A stretch of 64,000 bases of DNA from Nemertoderma westbladi (lineage: Eukaryota; Animalia; Xenacoelomorpha), in NCBI GenBank assembly GCA_032718475.1, contig JAUCBJ010008330.1, positions 1,768-65,767 of the forward strand. The letters are read 5' to 3'. The notes below the pieces were generated by a model. It was given only the letters and a program-made list of their open reading frames with translations. It made no database searches and was not told the DNA's origin. Of the stretch, positions 12,840 to 25,231 are shown one piece after another. The translations under genes were made by a program, and so were the position numbers. How positions within the stretch are numbered: the first letter of the stretch is position 1; the number at the start of each line of letters is the position of its first letter.

Positions 12840-13388
12840 CTCTATATGATGGACCAGCAACAAAGGGACCCTACCATGGCTGATCTCATGTCATTCTATA
12901 ATACTGTAGTACCCCTATACAAACAGCACAGGGCTTACCGGATTATTAACAAACTGTAAAGTTTAATGTTCCGTTGTTTTAATATTCGTTAATTAATATT
13001 TTAATATTTCGTTAATATTCTGCTCTACTGTTACTGTATAATAGTACCGGTTGTATGCAAATAATATAATAGTAAATAAAAAATAAATTATAAATTATAT
13101 TTTCTTCAATCTTAAACCTTTTTTATCTTCAATACGTGTTTTCTAACCTGAACTTAATTTATTTTATTTTTATTTTACATGCGGCATGCGGCGTGTAGAT
13201 TTTAGTTGCTTGTCAATTTTATTTTATTACCGGTACCGGTAAATAAATACATATAAAATGTAATAATATATTCTAAAGTATTTACCTGTATTTATCTTTC
13301 AATCAATCTTTGTATATTATTCAGAAATTTGATTATTAAATATCCAACTTTATTCGATATTTATAAATATAATCTTGCAAATAATGCA

Positions 13389-13938
13389 ATAATTTGGCGA
13401 CAATGCAGTAATTGGTTGAAGGACTTCAAAGTATGGCCGGACGAGTGCTGGGATACCAGGGACGCATTCGGTCTGGCTCACGATCTCAGGGACGGCGTGT
13501 TGCTATGCCAACTGGCTAACGTACTCATGCCTGGGTGCATTAGCACTCAGGACTACAATGTGTTCCCAAGGCGTTCGACGTTTCTATGCACTCGAAACAT
13601 AAGAGGTTAAACTGTTCGAAGGTCGTCCAGATGGCACCTTCCTCGTACGGAGAACCCTCAAGGACGGCGCCTACGAGTTCAAGTTGGACGTCATGTGCTC
13701 CACTCTGCAGCACAATATCATATACGTCGACAACCGCTCCCACAACGCGCCCTGTTGCTTCCTCACCCCCAAGGTCGTGTTCCCCAACGTCAACCAGTTG
13801 GTTTCCTATTAAACGCAGCATTCTCTAGAAGAGAGTTTTTACGCTATGCGCACGCAACTCTTGTATCCCATCAGAGCGCACAATGGCTCCAATAGAAGGC
13901 TTTCAAGATTACCCGCTGACGGTTTAGTTTGTCAATAA
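13389..13938 (+). pseudogene. VAV: Vav-family GEF fragment: CH domain joined out of frame to an SH2 domain
   Basis: WRQCSNWL...LAHDLRDGVLLCQLAN...FLCTRNIR matches the Vav CH domain. From 13606 the next frame reads KLFEGRPDGTFLVRR...FPNVNQLVSY*TQHSLEESFYAMRTQLLYP, a Vav-type SH2 with a stop at 13810-13812. Confidence 0.85.
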
Positions 13939-15264
13939 AACAGTATCATAAATGCAATTAAGGTTCTTCTGTCTAACTTTACCTTATGGTACATGCAATG
14001 TTTTACTTCGTATTATTTTTGTGGTATTTTTTCATATATTGTTGTTCAGCCTTTTTATTTTCTAGTGATTCATTCTTCCCCAACTTCACAGTGTTAAGTG
14101 TGTTGTGAATGTGTCTTCCACCATTCGGATATGTAACTGTAGGTTCGTTTATGAACCCTCACTTATTTATATACCGTCGTACTTATTTGTTAATTTAAGT
14201 AAAAAAAAAAGCTTTAAAATAATTATTCTTTTTTCTAAAGTTTATTCTTAGAGAAATATCTGCGGCGATTTAATGGATTTGGAAATATCCTGACGTATTT
14301 CTTCCCACGTACAAATACTGCACCATTCATTATATACAACCACCCAGGTTGCGGGCCTTACTAACCAACACAATTTATTTCCGTTTTAATTAATATTCAC
14401 AGTAATTAATTCAGACTTACTATCATATTATAGGTAAAAGATATTCGTATTTTAGGTAATGTACGAATAATTAAAATAAAAAATTGTAAAATTTCAGAAT
14501 AATGTTTGTTCCTCCTTATTTTTTTCATATCGACCGTCACTTTGTCCAACTTAAAGATTTAGTCATAAACTTCGTGTTCAAAGTGAACAATATATTGTAA
14601 ACCGGGGGTTTTAAATTCTTTTTCTATCATTTTAATAAAGGTATTTGCACTTATAATTTTGTAGGTTTCTTCTATTTAACCTAATGATTCATTACCTATT
14701 AGGGTTTTAAACAGCAGTTAATTTTGGGTGATTTTGGAATTAGTATTTCAGTCTTGGCAGCTTACGTGTTGCGTACGGCGACCCTCGTTTTCTTTATTGC
14801 ACTCGCTCGGCTCACTAGTGAACGAAAATCACTCATGGCCGTAACGCAGCCAAGTGCTACGTAACCCCCAATATTGGCCATCAATAATTAAAATATTGTG
14901 ATTCAGTATGTGTTCGTTATGCCAATATAGTATACTTAATAACATAATATATAAATTACTTATTATGAACTTGTGATTTTGGTGTTGGGTTGTTTAAAGT
15001 TATTTCACTTATTAAGAGTAGTCGGTCACCAGTGTGCTAAGTGGTTCAGTCTTTAGTACTGTGGTATACAGCCCCGAGTGTGCTAAGAGCTAAGTGTACC
15101 GTAGTTGTAGTATTTGTAATGTGTTATTTACTGTTTTGAAGTTGTATTTTTCCATTTAAAATATTGATTGAGTAATAATTATTAAAACTAATTGGATTTT
15201 GAACACCGTTAACTTGATTTCTGTTGTTCACAAAAACTTTACCAAACAGAGTTCCCAAACGGTG

Positions 15265-15569
15265 TTGCCATCACCCCATCTTTATTAAGACGGTCTAAGG
15301 ACATGCGTAGAACATAATCGACAACAGTTACGAATAAGAATGGTGCAAGTGTGTCACCCTGAAGGACTTCGAATGGATCTGTGTCACCCACAGCAGTGGA
15401 CACAAATGTGGTGGAACCATCATGCAGTGATCTGTTAGCTGCAATAATTTCCTCAGGCATCCCATATGCTGCCAGTATGCTAAACATACGTGGTCAAGAG
15501 ACTTAGTCGAAGGCTTTAAAAAAGTCTTGTCTTTCTTTCTTTATTGATAACTCTTAGATTATCCTTCTG
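15265..15569 (-). mobile_element. Diverged RTE-like LINE fragment, the insertion target of copy C (continues at 31960-31988)
   Basis: QGDTLAPFLF peptide; ATTATCCTTCTG joined to AGTGCCAGAATAGGCTCCATGGTC restores the LINE sequence seen at 12381-12416. Confidence 0.8.
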
Positions 15570-16775
15570 TGTACGCGCTTTTGAAGACCTTTAGCAGTTT
15601 AACCTGCCAAAATTTATATGTCTTTTGGTTTATAAATAGACTTTAACATATGACAAGTATTTAATACCAATAAACACAACATTAGCCGAAGCCAGCCTAG
15701 TGCGCGTCCATTCACCCGCTGGATATACCCGGGAGACTGGATTCGGAGGGCTTAGATTGTTATTGCAGTGTAAGCTTACTGTATTATTCGATTGATCGTT
15801 AATAAATAATTTCTGACCAATATTATTCACTTTCGGGAAATATTAACAGTTCCTTTAGGACGTGGCGCTCTATCTAGGTAAACAGAGATATGACTTATAC
15901 TAAACACAACGGTAAGTCAGTAAGGCTTATGATTCACGTATGAGGCGCATTCTTTAGGAAATGCTTAGTTATCAGTCAAAATCATGCACACTACCGGTAA
16001 CGCACAATACTGCACACTAATCTGCCGACCGTCAATGAATTTTATCATACATAAAGAGAACAGTAATTGACTCATGTAGTGCTTATCAAATAGCATTAAA
16101 TTCACTACAAACCACGATAATATAAGTCGCAATCGCTATATGTAACCTGTCTCTCTAACCTGTAGTGTATCAAGAAATTGGGAAATTTGGGTTATTTATC
16201 GATGTTCTCCAAATAATAATATTCAACCAACTGATACAAATAATAACAACAGTAAAAAGCATTAAGACGGTAGGTTAAGATTATAACAATATAAGATTGT
16301 ACCGCTGCGCTACTGCGCTGATAAGACTGATAAGACTGATAACAGTTATACGCTCTATAATCTAAGCCTACTAATGTTTCTTCTAAAGTCTGAAACGAAT
16401 TGACTCTAGAGCCGGTGTTCTTGGCCTAGATAGAAACAACAAAACTATAACACAGAAAACTATAAGACTGAACACTCCTAGCACGATCTGTAGAATATCT
16501 CCACATCGACAGTAAAAATCGCCCTGATTGGCTGTTAAGCTAAACAAAGAACCATGTGTCCAACGGCCATTTCCATGCCAGCAACCAGCTGTTAGATGTC
16601 GTAATCTGAATCATCAAGGCTACACTGTGCTAGAGGATTTGACGCATTGCGGGTTTTGTGCCTTGCCATGTCCGCCAAAGCACACATATAGAAGAATGAC
16701 TTTTATGTCCGTTAAAACACCTACAACGGTACTTTGCGGGCAAGGGGACTGATTATATCCGCAAAAGCTTTTACA
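15570..16775 (-). repeat. 3' LTR of copy C
   Basis: Direct repeat of 30754-31959 with about 9 substitutions seen by eye; preceded on the - strand by the short purine-rich tract GGGAGCGG. Confidence 0.95.
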
Positions 16776-16853
16776 CCGCTCCCAGAAAATGGGATTCAAG
16801 TCTATAAATATACAAAAATCACAGTTTCTAATATACGTAAATACTCTAAACAG

Positions 16854-18446
16854 TTAGTCTTTCTTGCGCGGATGGCGTTTAAGCAGTTTTTTAAAGCTGG
16901 CCAGAGTCTTTTTCTCTTTGGGGCGAGCCACTTTACAAGGAGGGCTATAACTCCTGGGTGAAGGGTGCAACATGATTGCATCAGAGGGTGTAGGATTATG
17001 GTCGGTGTATCCGCCAGTCAAAGTGCCGGGTTGATTGACATCAACGTCGGGGGAGAGGGGTCTAACGGCCTTGAGAGCGCGTTTTAGGACAGCCGCTCTT
17101 ACGGGTCCTTTACGAGTGGTCTGAACGAGAGCCGTGGGTGGACCATAGGCAGTCAGAAACTTCCTGGGTTTAATGGTTCTTTCTAACTCGCGTTCGCGGG
17201 CTCGGTATTCGTAAGGCCGTCGATATACTTCCTGTAACTCGGGGTGTGAGTTAACAAATAAGTCTCCATAGTCCGGATCCTGACGGATAAAATTGATTAG
17301 GTTATATGAATGAAGGTCGCTAGGATTAACACTCCTGAGAAATTTGCGTACGAATTTGGTTGAAATACATTCTCCGACGCGCTTCAGTAGTTCGTAACTC
17401 GATATGCGTGATTTCTGTTCGACAGAAGCGAATAGATAAGGATGGAACGCATAAACTCCTTCGTAAGCGCGTCCAGGATAATAACGATGGCGCGAATCAC
17501 AATGTAAATCAGCGTTCGCTTCCCAAGCTCTGATGTAACGTAGTGTGATCATTTCATCTACGCTTTCCAAATCGTGATTAAAAGGGCAATCGAAACTGGC
17601 GTGTCCCTTTAGTTGACAATGGTGACATTGAGTCATAAATTGAGGGCAAACCGCAAAAATGTGCAAGTTATTGAGTCTGCAATACGCGCAATAAATTTCC
17701 ATCGCCGGTTGTTCGTGGAAATAGGAACAGCGGACGTTTGTGTCCTTCAGTTTGTTGGTTGGGTCTAGGGCATTCGTCACAATAACACCAAAGACGTACG
17801 TCCTGTAGAGGAAACGCGGGTGATCGTTCTCCAGCTTCGCAATATTCTTCCATTTGTTCAAAACTATCCGGGATAACAGGTAGTGGACGATCGGCGGTAA
17901 GATACATCATAGTGAAATAGAGCCGTTTGAGTTCTACCATGGGGTCATGATGTATACCTTGAGGATATAGAGTCTCGAGGTTCTGCTGACTGGCGATGTT
18001 GAGATAGGTTTCTCCCAAAATTCCAGGTAGTCGTTGAAGTCGATGCGTTTATCCGGTTCATCAACGTTTTCTCTTTCCAGTCTGTTACGAATAGAATTTT
18101 CGTGTTCTATTCTAGGTTTATCGTTACGACTCCGCTGGGTATGATATTTAAATAGAACCATTTCCCTTTCGGTGTCTACATCGTCCGTATCATGTAAATC
18201 GATAGGATGGCCGGTAGTTAAGAAGTCCATACACGTACCATTACGATGCATATAGCGAGCGGTGAATTTTCGATAGTCCAATTCACGCGTAAGTTGCTCT
18301 TGGGACATCGGCGGTTCGATATAACGACCATCGTCCTCCATAATGGTTGGATCGGCTTCACCGCGTATCAAGCTATCCACAAATGCTTGTAAAGGTAGAG
18401 TATATCGCTCCCTGATACCAAGATCATCTTCTATCAACTCCGTCAT
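16854..18446 (-). pseudogene. Third ORF (ORF3) of copy C, unknown non-env protein with Cys/His motifs and two CCHC-like knuckles; two frameshifts
   Basis: ORFs 17934-18446, 17668-18018 and 16854-17861 join into one frame when compared with D. Motifs CAYCRLNNLHIFAVC and CHHCQLKGHASFDC; basic C-terminus KKLLKRHPRKKD. Confidence 0.75.
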
Positions 18447-20065
18447 ATCTGCTATCTGAGTTTATTAATATCAAAATGAGTTTATGTTTAGGCTAGCGGG
18501 CGTCGCTGCCTACCTCTCGTTGCCCCCGGACAGTGGGATTCTCAGCGCCGATGTACCGTCGTCGCGGTGTTTACGCCAACATGTAGCAACAGCACGCCAA
18601 CGATAACCGACACAAGTCACTCCACTGTCCGTCCCAAAGGCTTGGATCCACTTTAGGTTCTTTCTATAGGAGAGTTGGGCTACTTTTACAATTGCGACTA
18701 GCTACTGTAAACATACTTTAGCAGTAACATTCACCTATAAACACACAAATTCCAACACAACTGTCACCAATTGTACACATACAGGCCATTTGTCCGTCAG
18801 TCAGTGCCTTCCAGAATGTCACGTTATTACTGTGTATCCTTGGATACTAACAGTGTGCTATGTATTCTCTATGCTATGCAATGGGACAAGCTTTCTATTG
18901 TTCTTTTAACTTGCTTCTAATTCTAGCGTGGGTGTTGCTATGGTGACATTATGGAAAGCTAGCGGTAGAATTAGGGTAATTCTCATGCATACAGATCTGG
19001 AATGCTATTTAATAGTAATTCTTTAATTGTCAATATCCTCTTTATGCATGATTTTATTAATTTTATCGGCTATTGACTATATGTTGGAGATTCTCGCACT
19101 CTAATACGCTCAATAGGATGAATCTCCGCTCCCATGATCTATTAATTAATGGAATTTTGGGAATGTTATAAATTGCACAAAATGACAATTTATGAAATTC
19201 ATTTAAGATATGAATTTAAATTTATTCCCGTGAATTTTATTATTTGATGGTAAAATTGACACAATTTTATTCCAGAGCATGTCTGGGGACCTAGGATCCT
19301 TAATTCTATAAAATTGTCTTTTAAGAGTATCGGTAAGCGCTGCGATATCTTAATTGACTAGAAATTTTAAAGGATCTGAATTTTACAGATTTTAATAAAT
19401 ATTAAATTAATATTTAAGATAGGCACCGATTTATTCCAGAACTTGTCTGGGGACGTTAACCACTGATTCTAAAATTTGTCTTTCAAGTATATCGGTGGGT
19501 GCAGCGATATCTTAATCGACTAAAATTACAGATGGTCAAAAGGTTTAACAGATTTATTTGCGTTTTACGCTACTGTTATAGGGACATCACGCTACTATAT
19601 GTATTATTTAATATAAAGTAGAAGAGCAATATCGCACGAAGCAATGTCAGTGTGAAGAGGCAAGTCGTTTCCAAGGTCTACCCAGAGCTTGGTTTAGCCG
19701 AGACACGAGGATCTGAACTTTGCATTCCTAATACTCTGCCTACCAATAATACTTAAATATAGTAGGAGCTTTATTGTACTTTAATAAGTACTGACATGTC
19801 ATCTTACATGTAGTCTCGTATTTATAATATAATACGGACAGTAAGGAAAAGAAAGAATTATTTCTCGCCGTCATATTAAATATATATTATATGTAATTAC
19901 GTAATAAACACTAATATATTGCACTAATCTACCAAATAATCTAAAATAACCTTCTACTAAATAAAATTGAATAAAAACGATTATAATAAAGTACATAATA
20001 ATGTTCACATATAAAATATAATAAAATAGATAAAATAATATAGTCATGCGCCCACTCCAGACGTA

Positions 20066-23000
20066 TCACGTTGGGGAGTCCCTAGATGTTTGAGGAATTA
20101 GGGAGGTGGTCGTGGGAAGAGTGTCTTGCCTTCCATAGTTTCCGGAGAGTTCTCTGTCTCTTTCCAGTAAACATAAACGACCAACTGGGCGGTTGAGTTG
20201 TTGCGTCTCAAAGATTATGCCTGGCTTCTTGAAGTTACGCCGCATGACGACGAGTTCTACCGAGCGTACTAAACCATCATCCGAGATGTGAGTCTCGATG
20301 ATACGACCTGTCTGCCACCGTTTACGTGGAAGGTCTGAATCTACAATAAGCACCATATCTCCGGCGCTGACGTTTTCTTGCTGCGCAAACCACTTAGTTC
20401 GAAGTTGTAGCGTGGGCAGATAATGTTTCTCGAAATGGTCAGCGAAACGCTGGGATAGCAACTGCATAAGTTGCCAAGTTTGACGGCAGTATTCGTCTCC
20501 GTCGGCAATCTCCGATCGTGGGAGCATGGCTACAGGTTTCTTCAGTAGGAAGTGCGCGGGTGTTAGCGCTTCCAGGGAATCGGGACTCGATGAGACTGGC
20601 ATAAGCGGTCTCTCGTTGAGATAGGCAGCTATTTCCTCCATTAATGTCCGCAAAAGTTCGTCGGTGAGATACGCGCGGCATGGCACTATAAAGTGAAATG
20701 CGGTCTTGACACTTCTAATTAATCTCTCCCAACTTCCTCCCCACCAAGGGGCGTCGGCGGCGTTGAAGGTCCAGCTAGACGCTGTTATCCTTAGCTGATC
20801 GTCCACCTGTCTTTGGTTCCAGTCCTTCACGTAAGCCTGGATTTCGTTGTTGGCACCAATGAAGTTCGTTCCCTTATCCGATCTCATGGTATTACTCGTC
20901 CCGAAGCGAGCGATCTGTCGGCGTAAACTTAAGATGAAGCTGTTGATAGATAGATCGTTCACCATATCGAGATGGATGGCTCTACAAGTCATGCATACGA
21001 AGATGACACACCATCTCTTGACTATAGTCCTAGCACGATATACTTCAATAGGGCCAAATAAATCTACACCAGTATTAGTAAAAGGTGGTTCATAGAAGCT
21101 TACTCGTTCCCTAGGTAATTCTGCCTCTCGCTGTGTTAAAGGCCTACTGAATGCTTTCCTACAGGGTATGCAGTTCCTAAGAACTTGGTTCAGAGCTCTA
21201 CGGGGTTTATCAAAATAATAGCGAGTTCGAATTTCGCTAAGAACTCGTTCTCTACCAGCATGATAAAGTTTACTGTGAACATCTACAATCATCTTGATTT
21301 GTACTTCAAGATTTCTAATGAGTATGGGGAATTTAGTGTCAAAGGATAATGGCGCATTGGTGAGCCTTCCTCCAACACGTATTAACCCATCTATCATTGT
21401 GCTAGAGAAGCGATCCCTTAAGCGCATCTGCGGATTTCTCAACAACAGGAAATACTTATCGGAATCCTCATAGCATTGCAGGAGCCTCAGTGTCTGCTTA
21501 TTGGTTTCTTCATGCTCCTGGTAACTGATTTTCTCCTTTAGAAACCGGTCGGATGTCTTATATTTGGGTAAATTTTTAATAACATGAACTTGCGCAGATG
21601 TCAATGGAGCGGTATCACTAATGGTCTTCGTCCTGGAGTAGTGATGATGAAAACATCGCCTTAAATATGTGACGGCTTTACAGAGCCGATTCCAGGAACT
21701 GTAGTGATGCATTGCTCTCTGCAGCAGGGGTGAGATTCCTTGCGAGACGTCTGGTATTCCAGATTTCCAATCTCTATCTCTAATTTCCACGACAGCCTTA
21801 TTTGTGGCGAGGGATTGTGGATCCGCAGCATCGTTTCCGGAAGTATGTAATACAGATAGATCGATCGTCGGTTTAAATAACTTCGATTTACTCGCCCGGG
21901 TTTTAGGTTTGACTTTCTCCGCTCCCTTGGCTTGTCTAATCTCCGCCGTAGTAAGGTGAGGAGGCCATTCATCCTCTTCCTTGCTCAGGAAGTCGGGTCC
22001 ACCCAACCAGTCTGAGTATCTATCAGTTCCTGTGGAGTTGCTCCCCTGGAGGCGATATCGGCTGGATTAATCGTACCAGGGCAATGTCTCCATTGATCTA
22101 TCTTTGTGCGACTAAGAATAATAGCTACCCTGTTAGTAACAAAAACGCTGAACTGACAGACTTCATTGGTTATATACTCCAACACGAGTAAAGCGTCGGT
22201 CCAATAAACAGTTTTCTCCAGTGGATAGTCGATTTGTTCTGTTACGTTCCGGCCGATGGCTGTAGCGTATAAAGCTGCCTTTAACTCCGCTCGAGGAACC
22301 TTTAACTTGTTGTTAATCAATGCCTTAGAGGTAACCAAGGCGACTTTGATTCCATCCGGAGTTTTGACTCGCAGATATGCTACTATACCTATTCCCATGT
22401 CGCTGGCGTCTCCAAACACATGGAGTTGATAGGAATATGTAGGAAGAACATGACCAAAATATGCACGGGAAATTATAAAGCTCTCGATGGCAGGTAGAGA
22501 ATCTTCCCATTTCATCCACTTCTTTAACAGTTCACCCTTAAGGGGGGGGTACACCATTTTGGTCCAAAATATGTCGAAATTTTTTTTATGGTCTATTATA
22601 ATGCACCATTGAATGGTGTTTCCAAATCTGAAAACCGCTATTTAATAGCTCTTTTAGTTTTTAAGTTATGTAAATTTCCTTTTAGGGAATCCTATTGAAA
22701 TTACTATTACTATGTATAATGAAAGGTCGATTATCTCCAAATATTTTTTTCATGAAATTGTCAACTTCAAAACCCTACTACTTCTACAATTTTTGAGTAA
22801 TTAGTCTGAAACTTCCTGTGAGTGTCTAGATAGCCACCCTGCATAAAAGTATCAGGCAACTTTTCGAAATTTTTTGTTAATAAAATTTAATACTATTTAT
22901 AAAAAACCTAAAAATTTGCATAAATTTGAAGCGCCACCTAGCGGTGCAGAATTATTTTAACAAAATTTCGCCTGATAGTTATGTTGCCCCATCTTTGATC

Positions 23001-25231
23001 TATCATATAAAACAACTTTCATGTGATTAGATTCAAAACTGTAAAAGCCTTAGGGTTTTAAGCGCAACCAAGTTTTTTTTATTGTTAACTAGTATTAACT
23101 AATATTAAATAGCGGAAAAATTTTTTTTTCTGACCTGTCATGTAGAATAGCATCTTAGGCACCTATATGCTAAATTTTAGCCAAAACCAAACAATTTTGA
23201 AACGCTGAGAGTGATAAATCGAAGAGTTGTCCGAAAATGGTGTACCCCCCCCTTAAGTGGATCGTCCCATGAGTGGTTTTCAAGCCACATTTGTTGTACT
23301 AAACTCCGAGCAATCAATATAACTGGGCTAATAAATCCCAATGGGTCGAAATAAGTGCTCAGGATACTTAAACAAATACGTTTGGTCCGAACTGGATTAT
23401 CTCGCTGTTTTAGCAGAAAAAACAGGATATCTCTTTCGGTGTCCCACTTCAAGCCAAGCGTCTTGGTTTCTGGAAGATCGTCCTTTATTAAGTCTAGATC
23501 TTTCGTTCCTCGGTCTTCTACCGGTATCGCTTCCAGAAACTCACGGGAGTTGCTGGTGAATTTCGTCAGTCGAAATCCGCCTCTTTTCAAACACTCTACC
23601 GTTCTTTTCGCGACATCAATGGCTTCTTCTACTGATGGAAGGGACCTTAAATTGTCGTCCATGTATATATTACGCTTGATGTTGTCTATCACCTCTTTTG
23701 AGAAGGCGTCTCGGTTGTCATTCGCAGTGGTCCGCACCACGGAGCAGGCGTTGGAAGGGCTTGATATGATCCCAAAAGCCTGGATGGTCATCCAGTACTC
23801 TACCGGTTTCTGGTTGAGATCTCCTTCAGGCCACCACAGAAATCTCAGGCTGTCTCTATCTCTATCCAGCGCCTTGACTTGTAAGAACATTCCTTCTATA
23901 TCGGAGGCGAACGCGATGGAATATTGTCTTAATCTTAAAAGTATTCCCAACAAAGATTGGAGTAAGTTGGGTCCTGGTAACAACTCGGAATTGAGGGATT
24001 GGCCCATATATAGAGTGGAGCCATCGAATACGACTCGTACTTCATGGGGTTTACCAGGGTTGGGAACGTAATGATGTGTTAAGTAATACGTTCTCTCAGT
24101 CACTGGTGTTCCTTCCGGTACTCGCTCCGTGTATCCCTTTGTAATAAATTTCTTCAACTGAGTTTGGTACATTTCTTTAGCTGAAGCATTAGCCGTATGG
24201 CGTCGATGTAATTGAGCGATTCTTTTCTCTGCCAAGGGTCTGTTATTTATAAATCTAGGTTCTCGTTTTCGAAATGGTAGGCCGATTTCATATCTACCTT
24301 GGTCCTTTAAAATACGTGTAGTTGTTTCCTGGATTTGCTTGGCTCTTTCTTCTTCTATCGATAGGGCCTTATCATATGAATTGGGCTCTACCAATTCTTG
24401 AGTAAAGAATCGTACGGCGAGTTCGTCCCGAGTTCTAGCGTTGTAGCGCTCTATCTCATCATTGAGTTCGTCATTGTAATCAATGGGTCCCGATGGGCGA
24501 ATCAGTTGACATAGGTTCACCTGGTTTTTCCAAGTTTTGTTTTCTGTAAGTAGGTCGATTGTGTTTTCTTCATCGAAGAGTTGGTAGATGTCGTCATTAT
24601 CTGAGGAGTATGGTGTTCCCTCAGTTAGTTCGTCCACCTCACTGCTCTCCACTTCCCAATCATGTACTTGGTATATTCGTTCTTGTGGCATTCTCTCTTC
24701 GAGAGTTCTGTGGGAAGGGCCAGTAAAGTACCAACCTACTCTAGTTCTTACCGCATAGGTTTGCAGTGGCTGTGGTTGAGCAGGCCGTTTCTCCAATGTC
24801 TCGAGCGCCTCATGCGCGTTTTGGCCGATGAGTATTTGCACTCCAGGATAATCTGTCTGGAATCGAGGTATCTTAAGCTGTTGGATGCTCTCATCCTCGT
24901 CCCAATTATAAAGTTCTGCTTGAGTAGTAGCGAAGTTCTTTATAGCCACCATTTTTACCGACCTTATACCTTGTGCTCCTAATTTATCCTGGGGGGTGGA
25001 CAACACACCTACATAGTAATCTGCCGTTAGGGTAGATTTCCAAACCTGCATAATTCCTGACATATTCAATTTAGTCCGGAATTTGGGTTGTCCAGCAAAG
25101 ATATCTTCGGCTAGTTCTTGATCGATGAATGTTCCTGTGCTGCCGGAGTCAAGGAGGGCGTTCACTATGTAACTTTTGTTAGCACTACAGGAAATTCTCT
25201 GATTCCTACGTTGGAAGTTGGAGCTTTCCAA
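20066..25231 (-). pseudogene. BEL pol of copy C (protease, RT, RNase H, integrase), disrupted
   Basis: ALLDSGST, YMDD, LHVFGDAS, NPADIASRG, HHCC, GVDLFGP, SDKGTNF, GGSWERLIR; MITE insertion, frameshift near 22010 and a small deletion near 25175. Confidence 0.95.
22542..23252. mobile_element. 711-bp non-autonomous TIR element with TTAA TSD (Kolobok-like)
   Basis: 19-bp perfect TIR GGGGGGGGTACACCATTTT; TTAA at 22538-22541 and 23253-23256; the empty site CCCTTAAGTGG is seen in copy D near 46195-46205. Superfamily inferred from TTAA plus GG termini. Confidence 0.85.

Larger units (their letters stand above)
3576..12896 (+). mobile_element. BEL/Pao retrotransposon copy B, 3'-truncated (5' LTR, leader, partial gag)
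   Basis: LTR, leader and gag are homologous to C and D in the opposite orientation; homology stops after ...DPTMADLMSF at about 12896. Confidence 0.9.
8340..12896 (+). pseudogene. BEL gag of copy B, with frameshifts and stops, interrupted by a LINE
   Basis: ORF pieces 8340-8630, 8633-9514, 9548-9796, 9926-10675, 10712-11181 and 12840-12896 match the Gag of C and D. Confidence 0.9.

Noticed and set aside
16854-18446. ORF3 as an envelope gene
   Set aside because: No signal peptide or transmembrane segment is visible; it has zinc-knuckle motifs and a basic tail.
19620-19770. Hammerhead ribozyme in the conserved spacer block
   Set aside because: GAAAC follows a stem on the sense strand, but the required CUGANGA core is absent on both strands.
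23355-24071. 238-aa + strand ORF opposite RT
   Set aside because: Antisense shadow of pol; the equivalent frame is broken by a stop in copy D.
25165-25231. Programmed gag/pol frameshift in copy C
   Set aside because: Copy D reads through in frame (VVQVRVHGPKRSYVVNALLDSG); C has a small deletion at this point.
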